From: Eledone cirrhosa
Lineage: Eukaryota
DNA length: 64,000 bases
Direction: 5' to 3'
Assembly: GCA_964016885.1 (NCBI GenBank)
Contig: OZ024740.1
Coordinates: 304,296,001 to 304,360,000 of the forward strand
The notes beneath the pieces are model-generated. The model was not told the origin of the DNA. It saw only the letters and a program-made list of their open reading frames with translations, and ran no database searches. The translations under genes and the position numbers were made by a program. Positions 56,461 to 64,000 of this stretch are shown here, in pieces; the first letter of the stretch is position 1, and every line of letters starts with the position of its first letter.

Positions 56461-58763
56461 CTGAAATAACAGAGAAACAATAAGATATAGAGGATATTAA
56501 AATGTTGAGATTCAACAGTGAAAATTATACAACATATCTATATTGATAAACTGTATATAGAAACCTACTAAATAAATGAGCTTATCCAATGTATCCTTCC
56601 ATTTTTATGATCAAAACTCATCATCATCACTGTTTTACATCTGTTCTTCCACGCTAGCATGGGTTAGACGGGTTGTCCTATTGTGGGTAGTGTCCGGTCG
56701 GCTGACCTTGTCTTGCTCATACTGGAACTGATTCTGGCTTGATATCTACAGCTGGATGCCCTTCCTAACACCAACCTCAGTTGTGCTGGGTGCTTTTTTT
56801 CTGTGGTGCCTACACGTCCACTTTACAGTGTGGGCTGATGAAAATGAACCGGAAAATGTTTACTCATAAACAACCTATTTATTTTCATCAGCACAGGTTG
56901 AACAAGTTGGTCATCAGAGCTAACAAAACATACGTACCTGTATAATAGAGTTGTAGTAAATGGCCTTAATAATTATATCTATACTCACCCTACAGATTTC
57001 AGTTGCTCTATACCTTGGATATTCTTACTGACTGGGTGATGTGTTGTTTCCTTGAGCAAGACACTTTATTTCATATTGCTCAGCTGTAGAAATGAGATGA
57101 TAGGACTGGGGTCCCTCTCATTCCACTGCAAAGTGGTCGTGTAGGTACCACGGCAAAAAAGCACCCAGCACTCACTGTAAATGAGGTTGGTGTTAGGAAG
57201 AGCATCCAGCTGTAGAAATCAAGCCAGAATCAGTTCCAGTATGAGCAAGACAAGGTCAGCCGACCGGACACTGCCCACAACACGACAACCCATCTAACCC
57301 ATGCTAGCGTGGAAAAACGGTGATGATGATGATGATGAAATACTACAATATATCATCATCACTGTTTAATCTCCATTTTTCAATACTAGCGTGGGTTAGA
57401 TGAGTTGTCCTGTTGTGAGAAATGCCAAGACCATGCCTTGCTGATACAGAACTGATTTTGGCTTGGTTACTACAGCTGGATACCCTTCCTAACACCACCC
57501 ACATTTACAGTGAGCACTGGGTGCTTTTTGTTGTGGGACCTGCACAACCACTTTTCAGTGTGGGCTGGGTGCTTTTTGTTGTGATACCTACATGACCATT
57601 TTATAATGTGGGCTGGGTGCATTTTGTCGTGTCACCATCACAGTGTGTGCTGGGGGCTTCACTAGATGTATGCTACAGCCTGTCCTCATGGGAGTTGTAT
57701 GGAAGAGTGGGGTGGGGTCCTGTGTAATCTTCTTTGTGAGGTACAATTGAACAAAGTGAGCTTTTATCACCTCATCCCAAGTTTTCCTGGGTCTCCCCAC
57801 TCCATCTGCACCTTTTTATACAGCTGTCATCCCTCATACACATCACATGTCAATACCAACGCAATCTACTCTCCTGCACACACCATTTGATTCCTCTTAT
57901 GCCTAGTTTTTCTCTCAGTTCGTTATGCTTTGCTGTTCACGTATATTACTCTTACATCTTCATCGGTGCAAGCATGTCCTCTGCACACAACGCCCTGGTT
58001 TCACTACCATCTTGCTCGGGGTTTCTGTCTGGGTCTCCTGCTGGTTTGTTTTGCCCTTAAACTCTGTCCAGAAATTCTTTGAGACATTCGAACCACATGC
58101 CCCCAGTATCGGAGCTGTGGTCTCTCAATTCGGAGAAGTAATGGCTCCGCTGAAGCAGGTAGAGAAATTCAAATATCTCAGGGCCGTGTTTACGAGTGAT
58201 GGAAGGCAGAAGGCAGTATTAAGTGCAAGAATTGCAGGAGCTGGTGCAGTAATGCGCAGCTTCAGCATTCAGTAATCAGAAGGGAGATGGGCGTAAAAGC
58301 CAAACTCGCTATCTTCAATTCAGTATTCGTGCCAACCCTTACCTATGGTCATGAATCTTGGGTAATGACCGAAAGAATATGATCGTGTATACAAGCGGCC
58401 GAAATGGGGTTCCTCGAAGGGTCTTTGGAGTAACGTTACTCGATAGAGTGCATAGTTCGGAGATCAGAGACTCACAAGGTACAGCCAAATATAAAAATAC
58501 ACATTGTAATACAAGGTAGTGAACAACATGATTAAAAATACAGAGGTAATTTAGAGAATAAAGACAGTCATTATAACAATATAGTTAATCACATATAACA
58601 ACAGAATCTGGCTATTTCCAGCATATAAAAGTGATGCGGAAGAAATATCTTTTCCCAATGTTATATATTTTCACTTTATATAATTGCTGTATCGTTGAAA
58701 GGTTCACATAATTGTTATTTATACACATTATTATAGTCTTCAAGTAAATCTTTGTTAACTTAC
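56461..58763 (-). other. Probable 5'-UTR intron of the zinc-finger gene
   Basis: Minus-strand donor GAAGACG|GTAAGT at 58764/58763 and acceptor TTTCTCTGTTATTTCAG| at 56461/56460. The interval is mostly SINE/LINE pieces. Confidence 0.6.
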
Positions 58764-59506
58764 CGTCTTCAGATGTAATCAATGTGTTGTGTTGTTAGTT
58801 TTTACGAAACGACTAAAGAAATAATTTTCTGGTTCAATTAGAAGTTTCAACAATTTTATCAACTTTATTCCACAACCTTACCATTAAGTGTATCTTTTCC
58901 ATTAGTCACAGATCTGTATCTCGTCAGAATGAAGTAGTGAGGCTGACTTTATGTCTTTAGCCACAGATCTAATAGGAAATATGTATGCTTTTTATGTATA
59001 TAGTAGGTTGATAATCTAGTGTTTATGAATAACTGAAAGCAGGTGTTAGGCTAAAACAGTCGTTCTTCTACAACAAATGGAACTCTTAGTTGACACAACT
59101 GTAAAGTAAGAATAGATATGACAGTGTAAGATTGATGTCGGGGAAAGAAAATGTGTGAATAAGCATACGTTTGTTACACAAGATATTACATTAATTAAAG
59201 TTATATTTAAGATAGTAACCACACAATTACCAGGATAATGCTTCCCGCTCTTGAATGACACCGGTGTAAAACGTTAAATGTCCCTAATATAATTTAATAC
59301 ATTCAGAAACACTTTCAGTTACATCAACTTACTCCTTCGACTGCATCCTAACCATGGTAAAGCAAACAATATCACTCAGCATTAAAATAATTATTTATTG
59401 CTTATCAATGATTGTAATATACTGTATGCTTAATTAAAAACATTTTGAAGACCATACGCTATCAGTTTTAAAGTAGTGACTATGTCACTTACTTCTTTTC
59501 TTCGGC

Positions 59507-59566
<60 letters not shown>

Positions 59567-59607
59567 ACAATATTAATAAATGGAAACTATATTTATAAAA
59601 CCATATT

Positions 59608-59672
59608 TATTTCATTATATATATTTCAAGGATACCAAGTTAAATCATGGTATGCCTTCATCAGACAAAATA
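59608..59672 (-). ncRNA. Type I hammerhead ribozyme motif, sense to the element ORF
   Basis: UAUUUUGU-CUGAUGA-AGGCAUACCA-loop-UGGUAUCCUU-GAAA-UAUAUA-UA-AUGAAAUA. Stem I is 8 bp with two G-U pairs, stem III is palindromic (AUAUAUAU), and the cleavage triplet is AUA. Confidence 0.8.
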
Positions 59673-61277
59673 CAATATATAACAGTTTTATAAATAGATA
59701 TTGACGTACCCTTTCAAAAAGGTGACCGTTGTTTTTGGAGGCCATCCGGATAGTGGTTTGTTTACTTTAGTAAGTCATAGTGTTAAGAGTAAGTAAAAAG
59801 ATGGAGAGAGAGAAACGTGGAGAAAAGAAAGGGAAAGATAGATAAAGAAAAAGAAGAAAGAAAAGAGAACAGAGGAAAAAATAACGGGGAGATATCAAAA
59901 CATCAGACAGAGAAAGAACTCAAGAGAGAGATATGCAGAGATAGAGAGAGGGGGGGAGAGAACGAAAACCTTAAGTTATGTTATATTAAGTTGAGTTAAC
60001 AATTGAGATGAAATGAATAAATAAAATTAAAAATATTAATATTCGTGAATGGAATATTGATATATAATATGAGAAATTACACATTGTTTAATTATGATTA
60101 TATATTTAGTTTAAAAATTGAGATCAATATATTAAAAATTGGAATTTAAACATTATAAAATATATATATTGCTAGAGAGATTATCTATCGTATATCACAT
60201 ATACATAGGCAAAGGTACATAAATATATATACATACTCATTCACTCAGAAAATATACATTATATCTATTCCCGCACATAATGTATACATACAAAGCATAA
60301 GGGATTTTTTATTTATTGCTATACACTCCTTGTGTTATTAATTAAACATTTTTTTAGTATATATATATAAATATATAGGATTAACTTTTCTGCATTTATG
60401 GCTGTTAAATTATGCATATCTGCAATCAAAAGCTGCATGTGTAAGCCTGTACATTCACACCCATAATTCTTAGCTAAACATGAATAGATATGTGTGTGCA
60501 TCTTCAATTGGTATACACGCGTCACTCATGTATATATACAGACAGACATATAATCACAAAAAAAACCCATAACACATGCATATGTATGTCAACACGCACA
60601 TATATATACATAAGCCGTATATAGACATAAGTATACATCAACATATAATATATTACAATTGAGTATATAAAATACAAAAGGATTATATTTTGGAAATATA
60701 ATTATATCAATATAACTTAAAAGGCAAACGAATTCTACAAACATCAAAATACCAAAATATCCCAAAATATTATAGAATATTTCAAGTTAAAATAATATGT
60801 TTAATATATTTAGCATAGAAATTTATCCTACGTATATTTTAATCAAGACATTGAGAGGACAAACTTTTGAAAATTATGAGAAGCTATCAGAATAAAAAAT
60901 AAATCTAATAAAAATTATGAGAAGCTATCAGAATAAAAACAAATCTAATAAAAACAACAAAAAAACAAAACAAATCTAATAAAAATAAAAAAAAATAAAT
61001 AAAAATAAAAATAAAAAAAAAATGAATCTAATAAAAAAATATAAATAAAATGAATCTAAGCTAAAATAATATGTTTAGTATAGAAATTTATCTTACGTAT
61101 ATTTTATTCCAGATATTGAAAGGATAAACTTTTCTAGAATAGTTTATTATATTTATAATTATATTTATGAAGAAAATTTATACTTGGGTACTTAACCAAA
61201 GAAAATGAAAAAAGTGAAGGAATCTAATGATTTATCGACAGGTTTCTTATATTAACTAAATTATTTAATTAATTAAA

Positions 61278-62210
61278 CTACATTTTAAATTTATATTTAT
61301 ATTTAAACGTTGAGTTCAATCTATGTCTGCAGCAACTGAATAAATTATTCCTTAAATTAAGGGAATTTTTGGTCTTTAATCTAAAAAATATTTCCTCTAT
61401 ACAAAGATCACAATTTTCAGAAGAGGAATTAAAAGGAGTAGCTTTTGAAATAATATTCCAAATCAACGAATATTCAACATTATCTCGTTTTAGGTCCCAT
61501 AATAGGCTAGATAGCGAAGTTGAAGATTTTTTGTTTGGATCTGTAAAAGAATGTTTATGATTATTGAAGCGGGATTTAAATTCTGTAGAGGTAGAACCGA
61601 CATAGTTAAATGAATTTAAATTAGTTTTAACATTACAATTATAAACTACATTTTTAGCTAAGCAGTTGTTATTTAACGGACAGTTTGATTTATTTCTACA
61701 GTTACAGTCATTCGATTGAATATTGCTTGGGTTATTATTGGTATTTTGGTTAGGTTTTAAATTTCTATTATTAATTCTATTAATATTTTGCGCTAAATTT
61801 TTGGTGGAAGAGTAAGTTAATTTTATAGTATGTCTATTAAAAATTGAGTAATATTTATGTGTTCTAGGGAATCGTTTGTCAAGAGCTTTAAAGAATAGTT
61901 TAGCAATAGGGGTTTTAATATTTAGTGAGAAAGGAGGAGCGAACCATAATATATTCCTAGTTCTATTTCTTTTTTGGCTTTTGGAGTTATTGTAATATTT
62001 TCTATTATAGTTGTTGAAATTGTTACCATAATTAAAGTTGTTATTATTTTGGTTATTTTGTATATTATTATTATTATCGATGTATTTAATTTTATTTCTA
62101 TTATTATTATCGATGTATTTATTTATTTTTTTGTGATTATATGTCTGTCTGTATATATACATGAGTGACGCGTGTATACCAATTGAAGATGCACACACAT
62201 ATCTATTCAT
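61278..62210 (-). CDS. Penelope-like GIY-YIG endonuclease ORF lacking RT (N-terminal ~28 codons come from the inverted repeat arm)
   Basis: RNILWFAPPFS..IFNRHTIKLTYS..CNCRNKSNCPLNNNCL..VVYNC..YVGSTSTEFKSRFNNH..STSLSSLLWDLK..CDLCIEE..LNLR..CRH in an uninterrupted frame. Confidence 0.85.
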   Translation of the reverse strand: MNRYVCASSIGIHASLMYIYRQTYNHKKINKYIDNNNRNKIKYIDNNNNIQNNQNNNNFNYGNNFNNYNRKYYNNSKSQKRNRTRNILWFAPPFSLNIKTPIAKLFFKALDKRFPRTHKYYSIFNRHTIKLTYSSTKNLAQNINRINNRNLKPNQNTNNNPSNIQSNDCNCRNKSNCPLNNNCLAKNVVYNCNVKTNLNSFNYVGSTSTEFKSRFNNHKHSFTDPNKKSSTSLSSLLWDLKRDNVEYSLIWNIISKATPFNSSSENCDLCIEEIFFRLKTKNSLNLRNNLFSCCRHRLNSTFKYKYKFKM

Positions 62211-63017
62211 GTATAGCTAAGAATTATGGGTGTGAATGTACAGGCTTACACATGCAGCTTTTGATTGCAGATATGCATAATTTAACAGCCATAAATGCAG
62301 AAAAGTTAATCCTATATATTTATATATATATACTAAAAAAATGTTTAATTAATAACACAAGGAGTGTATAGCAATAAATAAAAAATCCCTTATGCTTTGT
62401 ATGTATACATTATGTGCGGGAATAGATATAATGTATATTTTCTGAGTGAATGAGTATGTATATATATTTATGTACCTTTGCCTATGTATATGTGATATAC
62501 GATAGATAATCTCTCTAGCAATATATATATTTTATAATGTTTAAATTCCAATTTTTAATATATTGATCTCAATTTTTAAACTAAATATATAATCATAATT
62601 AAACAATGTGTAATTTCTCATATTATATATCAATATTCCATTCACGAATATTAATATTTTTAATTTTATTTATTCATTTCATCTCAATTGTTAACTCAAC
62701 TTAATATAACATAACTTAAGGTTTTCATTCTCTCCCCCCCTCTCTCTATCTCTGCATATCTCTCTCTTGAGTTCTTTCTCTGTCTGATGTTTTGATATCT
62801 CCCCGTTATTTTTTCCTCTGTTCTCTTTTCTTTCTTCTTTTTCTTTATCTATCTTTCCCTTTCTTTTCTCCACGTTTCTCTCTCTCCATCTTTTTACTTA
62901 CTCTTAACACTATGACTTACTAAAGTAAACAAACCACTATCCGGATGGCCTCCAAAAACAACGGTCACCTTTTTGAAAGGGTACGTCAATATCTATTTAT
63001 AAAACTGTTATATATTA

Positions 63018-63082
63018 TATTTTGTCTGATGAAGGCATACCATGATTTAACTTGGTATCCTTGAAATATATATAATGAAATA
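63018..63082 (+). ncRNA. Type I hammerhead ribozyme motif (inverted copy)
   Basis: CUGAUGA at 63026-63032, GAAA at 63063-63066, predicted cleavage after 63074. Same sequence as 59608-59672. Confidence 0.8.
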
Positions 63083-63209
63083 AATATGGTTTTATAAATA
63101 TAGTTTCCATTTATTAATATTGTATATCTACTCCAAATATTTGTCGAGTGCTTTATATCAGTTATAATAATATTTGCTTGTTGTATCCCAACAATTTAAA
63201 TAGAACTTT

Positions 63210-63286
<77 letters not shown>

Positions 63287-63340
63287 CGTTTCTGAATTTG
63301 TTTAGCAAGATTCTTTATCTGAAAACGTGTGTTGAAACTG

Positions 63341-63499
63341 ATATTGTTATACTTTGGGAGGGTCATGTTGCCAATAAGAAACACACGCACCAGTTACTTT
63401 CACTCCAATTTATTATAAATTAAATTATAAATTTAAAAATTGGAGTAAATGCAACTGGTGCGTGTGTTTCTTATTGGCAAGATGACCCTCCCAAAGTAT

Positions 63500-63507
<8 letters not shown>
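63341..63507. repeat. Inverted repeat with 71-bp arms (4 mismatches) in a (TA)n-flanked insert
   Basis: 63341-63411 versus 63437-63507. Confidence 0.92.
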
Positions 63508-63543
<36 letters not shown>

Positions 63544-63875
63544 AAAGTTATATATAAGTATATATAAGTTATATATAAGTATATATGGAGTTTGTTTATA
63601 ATTATGATATAAACATATGAATTTTTAAAAACTAGACATAAGATCATTACTTTTCACACATTATAGATACACGCCTCATTCATGAATACTGATATTTACA
63701 TTATAATGCCTGTTTTATATTTTCTACATGATGAAACATAGCGTTTTTTGAATTCTGCCTCGTTTATGTCTGGTTATTTTTCATTTTCTCTTTCTCATTT
63801 TCTCTTTTTTCTCTCTATATAACGTCTACTTTCTCTCTTAACTACATACATCTCTCTTTACATTAATACTAGAGC

Positions 63876-63918
<43 letters not shown>

Positions 63919-64000
63919 ATGTATCAATTGATACTCAACTACCTAGTTTCTCTATCTATCTCTATCTATCTCTTTCTTTTTTCCTCTCTCTATATATCTC

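Larger units (their letters stand above)
59564..63126 (-). mobile_element. 5'-truncated Penelope-like (Naiad-type) retroelement with an inverted 1001-bp terminal duplication
   Basis: 59564-60564 and 62126-63126 are reverse complements (three substitutions noticed by eye). They flank a GIY-YIG ORF and an A-rich 3' region. The element abuts (TA)n at ~59510-59562. Confidence 0.9.

Noticed and set aside
56833-56891. CTGATGA..GAAA inside a 12-bp inverted repeat as a hammerhead
   Set aside because: No stem II or stem I pairing.
58895-58930. Minus-strand CUGACGA..GAAA as a hammerhead
   Set aside because: The stems adjacent to the core do not form.
61278-62210. Selenocysteine recoding in this Naiad ORF
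   Set aside because: No in-frame TGA in the retained fragment.
59817-62873. Duplicated 60-aa and 68-aa ORFs on opposite strands
   Set aside because: They are by-products of the 1001-bp inverted repeat and are low complexity.

Overview
AT-rich, repeat-dense eukaryotic DNA. The SINE/LINE families, the long (TA)n tracts and the style of the C2H2 gene suggest an octopus/coleoid cephalopod genome (inference, not checked by search). Two host genes are visible: the last four coding exons of MRTO4 (+, 32664-37936) and a 17-finger C2H2 zinc-finger gene (-, 54597-56114) with a probable non-coding first exon. Mobile DNA includes a full-length decayed piggyBac (168-2579, TTAA-flanked) with related MITEs, a Helitron-type element nested in one MITE, RTE-like and Ingi/Vingi-like LINE fragments and many tRNA-derived SINEs. 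The most notable region is 43.4-63.5 kb. It holds (TA)n-associated Penelope-like (Naiad-type) GIY-YIG elements, type I hammerhead ribozyme motifs with palindromic stem III (43924-44001, 59608-59672, 63018-63082) and a series of fold-back inverted duplications with arms from 10 bp to 1001 bp. All calls were made by eye; coordinates of old repeats are approximate.
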